64,000 nucleotides of DNA. Origin: a virus. Location of the stretch: IMG/VR virus record IMGVR_UViG_3300026484_000105, positions 1-64,000 of that record. The stretch is one strand, 5' to 3'. The notes below the pieces were generated by a model, which was given only the letters and a program-made list of their open reading frames with translations, did not search any database and had not been told where the DNA came from. The position numbers and the translations under genes were made by a program. This document shows, one piece after another, positions 41,288 to 51,600 of the stretch (position 1 is the stretch's first letter; the number at the start of each line of letters is the position of its first letter).

Positions 41288-42604
41288 ATGAATAAAACAT
41301 TTAAAACGATAAAGTCATCAGTAGGTAAACATAGCTATAATTTTCTAGCATTGCCAGATACTAAAGCTTTTAAAATAGAAGTAGTATTTGATTACGGTTC
41401 TAACTTAGAAAACCATTATTATAAAAAGTACGGTAAGAAGGTATTTGGTATAAGTCACCTTACAGAACATTTGTGTTTTAAATCTCCTGTTGGTTATGAT
41501 AGCGATAAATTGCTTGCCGAATTAAAAAAGAAAGGTAATAGGAATGCCAGTACTGGCCCAACACACATTAACTATTTCTTTAATACTATCATGGAGAATA
41601 TGGAATTCGGTATAGATGCAATTACTAAAGTAGCATTTAATGATTTTAGTAGAATAACTGATGAAGAGTTTGAATCTGAAAAATCAGTGGTTATGTCTGA
41701 AGTTGGCAGATACAATGATGATAAGCAAACTATGTTTAGTCTAAACACTAAGAACGCCTTAATGGGTACTGATAAAGATGATAACATTCTTGGTAGTGTT
41801 GAGATCTTAAAAGATGTTACTCTTGATGATTGTAAAAAGATCAGAGCGTTAACATTACAAGAAGCTAAGGTATGGTTTAACATAACATATGATCCAATGG
41901 AATATGTTAATGAAGATGATGTCATTGAACATATTGAAAGAGTACTAGATGACATTGATATAGTACAACAAGATGTTTCTATTGGTAGATATGAATATTA
42001 TAAACCAATTACTATTAAGAAAGATGAAATTGTTTTACCATCTGAATCTGATCGTACAATCATTAATCTTGTATTTGAAACTGATACTAACGTATGGGTT
42101 AGAAGCATGATAAACTATTATGTTTCTGCACTTGCTGATGAAACATCTCTTTACAATACAATCAGAGATAGACATGGTTTAACATATGGCGTTACATTCG
42201 GTAAAGATGATATTATGAACGTTGATCATACTAGATTAGTTGTTGATGTTGCTCCAGATAAAATCGATCTTACTATGGAACTTATAGAAGAAGTTATGGT
42301 TAAAAGTAGTGGGAAATTCAATAGAGAAATATTCGAAGAACTTATGGCCAATAGAAAGTTGAACATCACTATAGAGAGATGTAATCCAAAAACATATGGT
42401 TTCTTATTTAATACTGAAGTAGATCATCCTGAATTACTTGCTCCATTTAAAGATGTACTCGAAGACAACATTTCAAGTATAGATGAAATATTTGATGATA
42501 AATACATCACATTTGAAGCTGCAAAACAATATATGAACGAATTAGTAGAAATAACTAAATCTAAATCATATAGTAAGGTTATAAGTGAAAAAATAAAAGA
42601 TTAG
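41288..42604 (+). CDS. M16 family (insulinase-like) zinc peptidase
   Basis: GISHLTEHLCF (HxxEH), RNAST, EKSVVMSE, IRDRHGLTYGV. Confidence 0.88.
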   Translation: MNKTFKTIKSSVGKHSYNFLALPDTKAFKIEVVFDYGSNLENHYYKKYGKKVFGISHLTEHLCFKSPVGYDSDKLLAELKKKGNRNASTGPTHINYFFNTIMENMEFGIDAITKVAFNDFSRITDEEFESEKSVVMSEVGRYNDDKQTMFSLNTKNALMGTDKDDNILGSVEILKDVTLDDCKKIRALTLQEAKVWFNITYDPMEYVNEDDVIEHIERVLDDIDIVQQDVSIGRYEYYKPITIKKDEIVLPSESDRTIINLVFETDTNVWVRSMINYYVSALADETSLYNTIRDRHGLTYGVTFGKDDIMNVDHTRLVVDVAPDKIDLTMELIEEVMVKSSGKFNREIFEELMANRKLNITIERCNPKTYGFLFNTEVDHPELLAPFKDVLEDNISSIDEIFDDKYITFEAAKQYMNELVEITKSKSYSKVISEKIKD

Positions 42605-42636
42605 CATACAGTATAGCTTTTGCTATACTGTATGTT
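42603..42636. terminator. palindromic hairpin between convergent genes
   Basis: AGCATACAGTATAGC-TTTT-GCTATACTGTATGTT. Confidence 0.8.
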
Positions 42637-43610
42637 TAACATACGCCAAGTAAAGTATTTAACTCTATCTCGTTTGATTCCACATTCACAATATAATGTA
42701 ATTGTCTGGGGTTAACATCTTTATTTTCCTCATAGAACTTAACTATAGCCTTATGTAAATCAGTTGTACCTTTTAGCTCATCTAAACTATTAGTATAATC
42801 ATTCTGCTCGCCAGTTAAAGGTAGTTGTTTATACTTCTTAATATATGCACAATCATCTACGTTATGTACTACATTTGTTTCTCCTCTACGTACAACCTTG
42901 TCCATTTTAACCTTGTATTTATGCCAATTAGGACCTTGAACCTTACCATGGATTAAAGCTTCTAATTCTAGATTATCTAATTTAAAAGGTTTCTTACTTT
43001 CAACAACAGCAACAACCAAGTCGTAATCTATGTTCTTATGTAACCTGACCAGAGATTGATCTGATAATTTAGAAGCTATTTCTTCACCATCGATATTTTC
43101 TAAAGGATAGCCATTAAAGTTGACACCTAAGTTTTCATGATGTATGATCATTCCTTTTGGTTTTACCACATTTTGCTCCTCATCTTTATCATCACTGTCT
43201 TTATTTCCATTTATAATAGTAAATTTCATACTGCCATTGGCAACACTCCATTCCTTATTGATAGGTCTGCAATCAGTACAACCTACATCAATAATTCTAT
43301 ATTGATTATATGATCCAAAGCCATAATAGTACTTATTACCATTCTCGTCTACAAGTACCACCCCTGTTTCTAATGCTTCTGCTAACTCGCCCGCATCCTT
43401 TAAAACTATCTTATCTTCAACCTCCATTTCCTTTACAGAATTGTAGATTTTACTGTCTTTAGGCAAATAGTCTAAGATAATATCTTTTTCCAAAGCTACT
43501 ATTTCAGGGTTTGTTCCCTTTACATATTCTTCAACTAGTTCAGAATCATGATACTCTGCATTATTATATCTTTCTAAGATATCAATTTTTAAATCTTCTT
43601 TAACGCTCAT
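42636..43610 (-). CDS. hypothetical mosaic protein
   Basis: 324-aa ORF with AAGGA SD. Confidence 0.7.
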   Translation of the reverse strand: MSVKEDLKIDILERYNNAEYHDSELVEEYVKGTNPEIVALEKDIILDYLPKDSKIYNSVKEMEVEDKIVLKDAGELAEALETGVVLVDENGNKYYYGFGSYNQYRIIDVGCTDCRPINKEWSVANGSMKFTIINGNKDSDDKDEEQNVVKPKGMIIHHENLGVNFNGYPLENIDGEEIASKLSDQSLVRLHKNIDYDLVVAVVESKKPFKLDNLELEALIHGKVQGPNWHKYKVKMDKVVRRGETNVVHNVDDCAYIKKYKQLPLTGEQNDYTNSLDELKGTTDLHKAIVKFYEENKDVNPRQLHYIVNVESNEIELNTLLGVC

Positions 43611-43759
43611 TTTAATCCTTTATATGTATGATTGAGAATCCTCAGTAAGTTTAATTCTCTTGACTTTTTCTAATATATCTGGAATCAATATTTCATTAAC
43701 ATATTTCCATTTACAATCACCGTTAGAATAAACATCTATTGTTATATGTAACCTAGATA

Positions 43760-44248
43760 TTATTCTGTTCTCCAATTAGTTATGAAAGATGAAAACATTC
43801 CACCATTTGCTACAATGATACTCAGCATAAGTTTTATCTCAATGACAATCGTACCTCTTTCCAATATATCTCTTCTATAGCCAACCGAATAATCTGTTAC
43901 AATAGTATCCTGCATTAATGCTTGATTGTATATTGGAGCCTGTACGGACGCTGCATGTACGTACAATTCAAATGGTGTTGCTTTACATACATCTATTAAG
44001 AATCTTTCACCGCCATTACCATCTCCATCTTCCTTATACTCCTCCCTTAATTTATAGTTGTTGTCAAAGATTCTACTTAACTTATTATCAGAAGCAATAA
44101 AATCTCTAACTTCCTCCAGATCCATAAAATTAACTACAGTTTTGCCACAACAATTACATTCAATAAGTGATTCAGTACTAATAGGGTTATTGATACCCTC
44201 TTCATTTATATCATCACTACAACATACTGGGCATACTAAATATTTCAT
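43760..44248 (-). CDS. hypothetical protein with N-terminal zinc ribbon
   Basis: CPVCCS...CNCCGK. Confidence 0.65.
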   Translation of the reverse strand: MKYLVCPVCCSDDINEEGINNPISTESLIECNCCGKTVVNFMDLEEVRDFIASDNKLSRIFDNNYKLREEYKEDGDGNGGERFLIDVCKATPFELYVHAASVQAPIYNQALMQDTIVTDYSVGYRRDILERGTIVIEIKLMLSIIVANGGMFSSFITNWRTE

Positions 44249-44314
44249 AACGCATCCTTTTTTACTAATGGTTTGACTACTGATTTATCTACTTCTTTAT
44301 AACTGTGTTAGACA

Positions 44315-44857
44315 TTACGAACTTAATGCATTATGGCTGTCATAAACTATATCTTTAAATTCTGGATCAGTTGCTATCTGTACATGTCGATCAGATTCAA
44401 TCTGACATGGTTCCAGTTCTATTTTAATGTTGTTATCAGAATTAAACTCAGTATCCACTTTAAGCAAGTCTAATTGCACTAGTAGTTCTCTAGTATCATT
44501 AACATAAGTTATACCATCTCCATGTATGAACATGCTTGTATTTTTAACATCATGACCAAGTACAAAGATCTTCTTCAGTTTACCTTGTCCTAATCTTGCA
44601 GTAGCATATCCTAATTCATAGAACATACCAACACCTCTATTGCCATTATAGAGCATAATGAATACGTCGCTATCATCAATAGCTTTAATGTCTTCCATAG
44701 CCTGCTTATTACAAATCTCAATATGTTCGCTAAATGGTTTACAGTCCAAATGTTTAGACCAGTCAATACTACATTTATGGCCCTTCTCTTCTAATGTTTC
44801 TTTCAAGATACGAAATGCTGATGTGTCTTGGGACTTAGCTGCTAAATAAAATTTCAT
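44315..44857 (-). CDS. nucleoside 2-deoxyribosyltransferase-like protein
   Basis: MKFYLA, DIKAIDDSDVFI, GMFYELGYA. Confidence 0.8.
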   Translation of the reverse strand: MKFYLAAKSQDTSAFRILKETLEEKGHKCSIDWSKHLDCKPFSEHIEICNKQAMEDIKAIDDSDVFIMLYNGNRGVGMFYELGYATARLGQGKLKKIFVLGHDVKNTSMFIHGDGITYVNDTRELLVQLDLLKVDTEFNSDNNIKIELEPCQIESDRHVQIATDPEFKDIVYDSHNALSS

Positions 44858-44880
44858 CTTCTCTTCCTTAAGTGTTATTT

Positions 44881-44931
44881 GATACTACCGTGTATCTATA
44901 TTAATAATATATAATTAAATAAAACTGGAAA
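44881..44931 (-). promoter_or_regulatory. putative early promoter plus 5' hairpin, copy 4
   Basis: Minus strand TTTCCA-N14-TATATTAT-N5-TAGATAC-ACGGTA-GTATC. Confidence 0.72.
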
Positions 44932-44951
44932 GTTAGTAAGGAAATTAATCC

Positions 44952-47900
44952 CTACCAACTTAATGTTTTAGCTACAATATCAATTACAGTATTAGATGCA
45001 GAATACGTTAGATTACCCTCAGGGGTTATATAAAAACTTCTTTTTCTAAAAGTTTCATGTAATTCATCTATGGCTTCTTTTGTATGTAATATTACATATG
45101 AGCATTTATCACCATCAACGTTGCCTTCATCCGTATCGTTACTACGAACAGTTCTCTTATGAACTTCTCTAGCTCTCACTAGAAGACGAGACTATATCAT
45201 GCTCTTCTGACACTATATCAGTAAGAGCCAAACCACTTCGATTTAAGCACTAGGTACGTGCACCCACTTGGGCCCTACTCCCCGCTACAGGATAGTCGTT
45301 GAACTTTACCCATATTATTTTTTAATAACTTAGGGTCTTAGCTGCTAAAGGGAACCTTAGGTTCCACGGTTACCTATTATACTATTATAGTGCTGATATT
45401 CATAAACATTTAGTTAGTTACTCTAAACTAAAATATCGAGGCTATATTAATATTAATCACTTAAGATCATCCATACAAGATACAATACTGTATCCCAGTA
45501 GCTTTGCAACTACTCTTGTTAAACCATCATAGACTAGTTTCCTGCCTATTGTGGTGGTATAGCTTTAAGGCTTTCCAGCAATTCAATTTGTTATTCGACA
45601 TGCTTCTCAACATGAAGGATCAATTTGTTCTTTAACTTAAATTTAACAACATCTTTTGGACTCGTGTCCATGGGCAACTTCTCACCCTTACATAAATCAA
45701 GTATATTCCGATAATACTTGTTATTAACAACATACATTTTCTCTTTACACAGCATATAAGTTAGATATTCTTCTATGTTCTTTAGCTTAGTAAACGGTAT
45801 CCTTATAAGAGGGATCTTATTCATTTTAGCTAAATGGTTCTTTTCGGCATCAGACTTCTTCTGTATTTTGAATGCTTTCTCGCCACCAAAGAACTTTACA
45901 GGTTTGAAATGTTGTATACCATCAAATTCTATTAGAATATTTAATTCTGGTAGATAGAAGTCATACATGTATCTATTTTCATTAAGCCGATAATTCTTGA
46001 TGTAATCAATCTTATTAAGTTCCAAAAATATACGTATACGTTGCTCACCTTTAGATTCGCTACATAACGGACACCCAGCTTGTTTATGTATATGGTCATC
46101 AGGCGTAATTCTAAATTCACCATGTTTTTTACAAATTAATGTAACCTTAGTTTTCTTATTTGTATAATTAACCATACTATAATCATATCTAGAACCGTGT
46201 AAATTTATAGCCTTCTCTATCCATTCTTTAGTAGTGTAGTTATAATTATTAGTACATTTAACACACTTAGCCCCATTATAATGGTTCCATGGAATTTGTT
46301 CGAAATCACCATGTACCCTACATCTTATAGTAACCTTATTTTTTGAATTTATATATTTAGTTTTACTATAATCATATAGATCACCATGAACCTTTCTCGA
46401 ACGTTCTATAAATTCTTCTGTAGTTAATGTATCCTGTTCTACCCTACTTACGATACCGCATTGTTTACAGCCACTACCAGATATATGATGAAATCTGTTT
46501 TGTGTAAACTCACCATGTATCGGACAGATGATTTTTATACTACCATCCTTAACGCTATAGCTTTCTGGTATATATAAATACTTACCATTATGCACTTTAT
46601 TAGCTTTATCAATGAACTTCTTGGCCTTAGATAGAATCTTATTAATAGGAGTTATATAAGCGCATTTGGGACATCCCTGTCCTTTTATATGTTTAGTTGG
46701 TTTTTGCTTAAACGGACCGTGTTCTTTACACTGTATAGTTACTGCAGTCCTTGCATCTATGAATTCAACTAATGTATAATTGTACCTATTACCGTGTGCT
46801 TCATGGGCCTTTAATAAGAAGGTTTCTTTTGTCATTCTTAATTTATCTTTAGCACATTCTCTACACCCTTGTTTATTCCGTATATGTGAAAATGGTCTTT
46901 GTTTAAAATCACCATGTATCGGACATGTGATTATTAGTGGTACGTCAGATAGTATGTACTCTGTTTTGTCGTACCTGTATTTGTTGTTATGTACTTCTTT
47001 GGCTTTCTTTATAAAAGCTTCTGTTTTTGTTGTTTTCATTTTTTTCCTATTAGTTTATGTATGTAAATAATATGCGTTTATTATCTATTTCACTCTAATA
47101 GTACCCGTAAAAAAATCAATCTGCGCCTAATAAATTTAGGTGGGTGAAGTGGGGTGATAACGAGTTCTGGTATGCCTCTGTTAATATCGGATATTCATAA
47201 ACCGTATCAGCCTCTTTCCAATCTACTCCTAAAATGCTAACTTTTCTAGCCTTAACTGTTGTTTTTAGATAAGGTATACTTGGATATATTCCACCTAGAC
47301 CAGTAACAGGGTATCTAGTAAGAAAGCCAGGATATTTATCAACATCTTCATATACAGCTAAGTATATAAGTTCTGCATATGTTATCGGTCTTAAATATTT
47401 GGTATTTATATCATCAGGTATTTCATTAGTATTCTTAATAAACTTAACCTCTTTACCATTATCATATATTAAGGCTAGATAATAATCCTCAACAGTTATA
47501 GGTTCAGATCTTAATTCATCTTGAGCTAATTTATTTATAACTCCATTAAGTCCTTCATCAGATGTCCACATGTCTTTTGTTTTTGGTTTTATATCTACAT
47601 TTACTGTTCTCATAGATTTTTTATCTACAAGCATAGCTGTATTACTATGTAAATCAAATATGTTATTTAACATAAGATTATTTAACTGGTACTTAGTAAT
47701 GGGATTGATAGCTTTAGCATATTGATATAAACCTATAACAGTATTATTAAAACTAATTCTATTTTTAGTATTAGTTAAATCATGTATTACTGATGGTACT
47801 GGTGTGATGACATTTCTGGTAGAATCTCTAAGAGCTCTCTTAGTCCACTTATTTTGTATAAATTTCTTCTTACCATCCATTAAAGAAATATAATGATCGT

Positions 47901-48567
47901 ATATCTCAACTATGATAGTTTGTATCTTAAATCTTATTGGATCTAATACCATAGGATCGTTATGTAGAGTAGAGATGTTTTCTAATGCATTTGTTGTGGT
48001 TAGTAGCCTCCTATAAACAGCATTTATTTCATCTTCACTTGGCTTACCATTATCATCAACAATATAATCCCTTAGTCCAGCAGGTATGACTAAAAAGTGA
48101 TCTATGAGTATTTCACCCTTACTATATTTTTTAATAAGCTTTATTTTAAATTCCCTGGCATCACTACCATTACTATTTAATTTAATTTTATCATACTTTT
48201 TCATAAAGAATTCGAAACCAGTATCTCCTTCTTCTGCATTAGAGGAAATGAAATCTCCACCTTTTTCATCCCATTTTGCATAAGTCTTACCAGATAGTAT
48301 ATCTAAATATAACTTTTTTAAACTTGAGATATGTTTAAAGACAAGTGGGTGTAGAACCTTTATATGTAATTTTATATAACCGAATTTATTATTCCGTTCT
48401 TCACTTCCGACCCGACCGAAAGTCTCAGTAGAGAATAAACCATTAGTACTGAAGTTTTTAGTAGATGGTTCAAATATACTTAGGTCACTTACTTCCCTCA
48501 TTACACCTATCTGTTTTCTATTTAATAATAGTAAATCTATATTAAAAGGTGGTAAATTTGACAGCAT
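44952..48567 (-). CDS. virion RNA polymerase beta' catalytic subunit (phiKZ gp180-like), spliced: exon 1 48567-47118, exon 2 45118-44952, 538 aa
   Basis: GLFSTETFG, VIPAGLRD, TRNVIT, TRYPV; GAT T + TT GAT GGT GAT restores LGADFDGD. Confidence 0.93.
45119..47117 (-). mobile_element. group I intron (1999 nt) carrying a homing endonuclease
   Basis: U at the 5' splice site, terminal G. P1 GAUU/GAUU pairs with AAUUGAUC (45618-45625); P2 CAUGUU-GAGA-AGCAUG; P AAUUGCUGGAAA; Q UUAGCAGCUAAG; R GUUCAACGACUAU (45292-45304); S AUGAUAUAGUC (45190-45200). Confidence 0.93.
45591..47039 (-). CDS. intron-encoded homing endonuclease: 5 Zn-binding repeats (DUF723-like) plus Vsr/EDxHD-type nuclease domain
   Basis: Five F/W-I/L..A/S...H...Y.Y...C..HG.F......H....C..C repeats; C-terminal ESKGE, YDFYLP, IEFDGIQHF, SDAEKN, LIRIP. 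Confidence 0.85.
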   Translation of the reverse strand: MKTTKTEAFIKKAKEVHNNKYRYDKTEYILSDVPLIITCPIHGDFKQRPFSHIRNKQGCRECAKDKLRMTKETFLLKAHEAHGNRYNYTLVEFIDARTAVTIQCKEHGPFKQKPTKHIKGQGCPKCAYITPINKILSKAKKFIDKANKVHNGKYLYIPESYSVKDGSIKIICPIHGEFTQNRFHHISGSGCKQCGIVSRVEQDTLTTEEFIERSRKVHGDLYDYSKTKYINSKNKVTIRCRVHGDFEQIPWNHYNGAKCVKCTNNYNYTTKEWIEKAINLHGSRYDYSMVNYTNKKTKVTLICKKHGEFRITPDDHIHKQAGCPLCSESKGEQRIRIFLELNKIDYIKNYRLNENRYMYDFYLPELNILIEFDGIQHFKPVKFFGGEKAFKIQKKSDAEKNHLAKMNKIPLIRIPFTKLKNIEEYLTYMLCKEKMYVVNNKYYRNILDLCKGEKLPMDTSPKDVVKFKLKNKLILHVEKHVE

Positions 48568-48636
48568 TGCTTTTCCTTTGATAATAATTTTGAATATTCA
48601 ATTAAACGATACTTGTATAATAAATAAGGAGTTAAA

Positions 48637-51600
48637 ATGGCTGCAGTTGATGATATAGATTTAGACGATATGGACTTTGAAGATGACGATATGGATTTCG
48701 GCTTCGATGATCCATTTTCAGAACCACCACCTCCCAAGGATACGAGGGAAGCAGTAAGTAGAACTATAAATAAAGTAGGAAGTAGTTTTATGGATGACTT
48801 TACTGACGATAAGGCTGAAACAGCTGCTGCATTCGTTAAAGAAAGTATTCCAAGTAAGATAAGTGTAGAAGCAAATAATATAATTAATGTTGGAGAATCA
48901 TTTAAGAAAGATATCTTAAAGTCTAGTTCGGAAGTAGCAGAGGCTACTAAACCAATGTTAAAAGCTATTGAAGGGTTGGTTCCTAAGGGTGGTAAGATAG
49001 AAACCCTAGTTAATCTAGCTAAAGAAAAACTAGGTATGAACGATGAGCATCGTACTAGTGAAGATGTTGCTGCTGATGCTGCTGCGATGGCTACTAGTTC
49101 AGTAGTTAACGTTTTAGGAGAGATGCAAGATAGAGATACTATAAGAGAAACTATAACAGCATCTATAGCCGACAAGAAGACACAATCTCAATTAGATCTA
49201 AGTGCTATTCAGGCAGGACACCTAGAAGCGATAAGTAATTTTAATATAGATGTAACTAATAGTTTTTACAGGAAATCATTAGAATTACAATATAGACATT
49301 TATTTACAACAACAGAACAACTAGATGTTACTAAACAGGGTTTCGAAACCTTTAAAAATCAATTAGAATCAATCGTTGCTAACAGCGCATTACCAGATTT
49401 AGTTAAAACAAGAAATTCAGAATTTATGAAACACCGCTTATTAGAAAGAGCTGGTGAGAGTTTATTTGCCAGAACAGGTGTCTTTGATAATATAAAGAAA
49501 AGACTATCCAATGAAGTACAGGGTGTAACATCCGTATTAACTAGCGGTATTACTAGTCTTGGTGATGCTGCTGACATGGTTAAAAGTACTAGTGAGATGT
49601 CTGCTATGGCTGGCGGTACTGAAGGGATGGTCGGAGGATTACTTGCTGGTGGAGTAAGAGGACTAGTAGGTACTAAAGTAGGTGACATATTAGGTAAGAC
49701 TAAGGTTGGTAAAAAAGGTATAGAACTAGTAAGAAATTTTAATCTAGATCCTTCCGAAGCACTTAAAGATATGGCTGATAATAGACCAGATGGTGTATTT
49801 AAAAACATATTAGAAACTCTTGGTGATTTTACTGAAAATAAAGATGCTGAAGCATCATATTCCATTAATAAAGTAGATCGAGATAATGTCTCAGTATTTG
49901 ATGGTAGAGCACATACTTCTTTAACTAAGATCATACCTGGACTTTTATCTAAAATCCTAAAAGAAGTTAGTAGTTCAAGAACTGGTAAAGAAGAAGATGA
50001 GTTACGATATGATTATGATACTGGTACTTTTAAAACTACTAGCAGCTTAAAAAATGAAATAACTGAGAAGATTCAAAATGACCTTGTCAGTAGTGGCGTT
50101 AACAGAAACGTTGAAGGTATCATTACAACTATCGTTGAAGAAACTAATCTTAACGTAGACGATGATGAGATAGCTGAAATAAAACAAGCACTCCTAAGTT
50201 ATGTTATTAAAGGTAAAAGACTACTAGTTAACAAACTTGAAGAAGATGGTCTCTACGACGAATTAGATCCTAAGTTATCTAAAAAATTTAAAAAAGCTAT
50301 AACTGATTTTACAGAAACTAAAGATGATGATCTAAATTATAAAAGAGTTAGGCACCTAAATAATGAATTAGGATATATAAAGGATAGAGCTCCGTCACCT
50401 CAAGAACTACTTAATAAGTATTCTGATGCAGGTAGTATTGATCTTCTAAAAGATGCAGGTATAGTAGAACTTGATAGTGTTACAGGTGAATACAAATTAG
50501 ATAACGCTAGTTATAAGACACATATGACTACTGCTATTAAAACAGCTAAAGATAAAGATCAAGAAGAGGAAGAAGAACCTAAGACGATAGCTGAGAAATT
50601 AGCTGAAAAATATATCAAAAAGAAAAAGAAAGATGTAGATTCTATAACTCAAGAAGAGGAAGAAGAAGCTCCTATAAATAAAGGTTTTATAAATAGAGCT
50701 AAAGGTAAAGTCTCTTCATTTGGTGGTACGATAGAACAGGACATCATCAATACTATAGATGGTAAGCACGATATAGGTGGTAAAGCTAAGCGGTTTGCTA
50801 AAGAGGCTAACAAATATGTTACAGGTAAAGAGGATCTATCTGGTTACAAATTTAGCACTGAATCTAATCTAAAAAACAATTTAGCACCACAGACTAAACG
50901 CCGATCATTATTGGGTGATTTCAAAACAGTTAAAACAGAATTATCTGAAATACATTCTGTAGATGACGCTTTAAATAAAGCCAGAAATATAGATAATTTC
51001 AAAGATACTGAAAGTAAAATAAAAGCTATAAATGATTTAGTGTCTTCTAGTAAAGATCCAAAGGACTTTATAGAAAAAATAAAAGAAACTGATGATTATA
51101 AAAAATTATCTACAGATATAAAAAATCATATAGATAAACTAGAAAGTAAAGTGCCTACCGTAAAAACAGAAGCAAAGAAATTTGTAGAAGATAGGGTAAG
51201 CGATTTAAAGGATAATTCGCATTATAAAAATATAGTAGAATCTGATATAGTAAAAGATTCTAAAGCTAAAGCTAAAACCTTAGTAAAAACAGTAAAAGAT
51301 AGTAAGATAGTTTCCGATATAAAAGATTCTGAACTTGCTAATAAAGTCACAACTGATATTACTCTATTAAAAGATAGAGTATCCAAACTTACGGAACTAA
51401 CTGATCTTAATAACATAGTTACAGAATTATGGACTAAGGCATCTGAACATTATGATTATCTGGAAACTTTGGAAGATACAAAAAGTAATAGGGCTAAGAA
51501 AAAGGAACTCTATAGATATATAAGATTTTTAGAGAATATAAGATTAGATAAGCTTGATCCTAAAGATGCTAAGTTAAAGGTATCTAAAGCTACTGTTAAA

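Noticed and set aside
42636-42860. IKKYKQL..EQ resemblance to the Acb2 N-terminus
   Set aside because: Too short; the rest of the Acb2 pattern is absent.
43620-43775. Possible ~51-aa minus-strand ORF (TTG start, ENRIISRLH...)
   Set aside because: It fills the gap but has no SD and a weak start; not supportable without conservation data.
44952-45179. Track ORF MRAREVHKR... as an independent gene
   Set aside because: Its first ~20 codons are intron P9 sequence; only 45118-44952 is coding, as exon 2 of beta'.
45591-47039. Intein or free-standing endonuclease
   Set aside because: Not fused in frame with the exons, no intein termini, and enclosed by intron P1.
47116-47118. TGA readthrough or alternative genetic code
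   Set aside because: The TGA straddles the 5' splice site. TAA, TAG and TGA all act as stops elsewhere, and coding density is high under the standard code.
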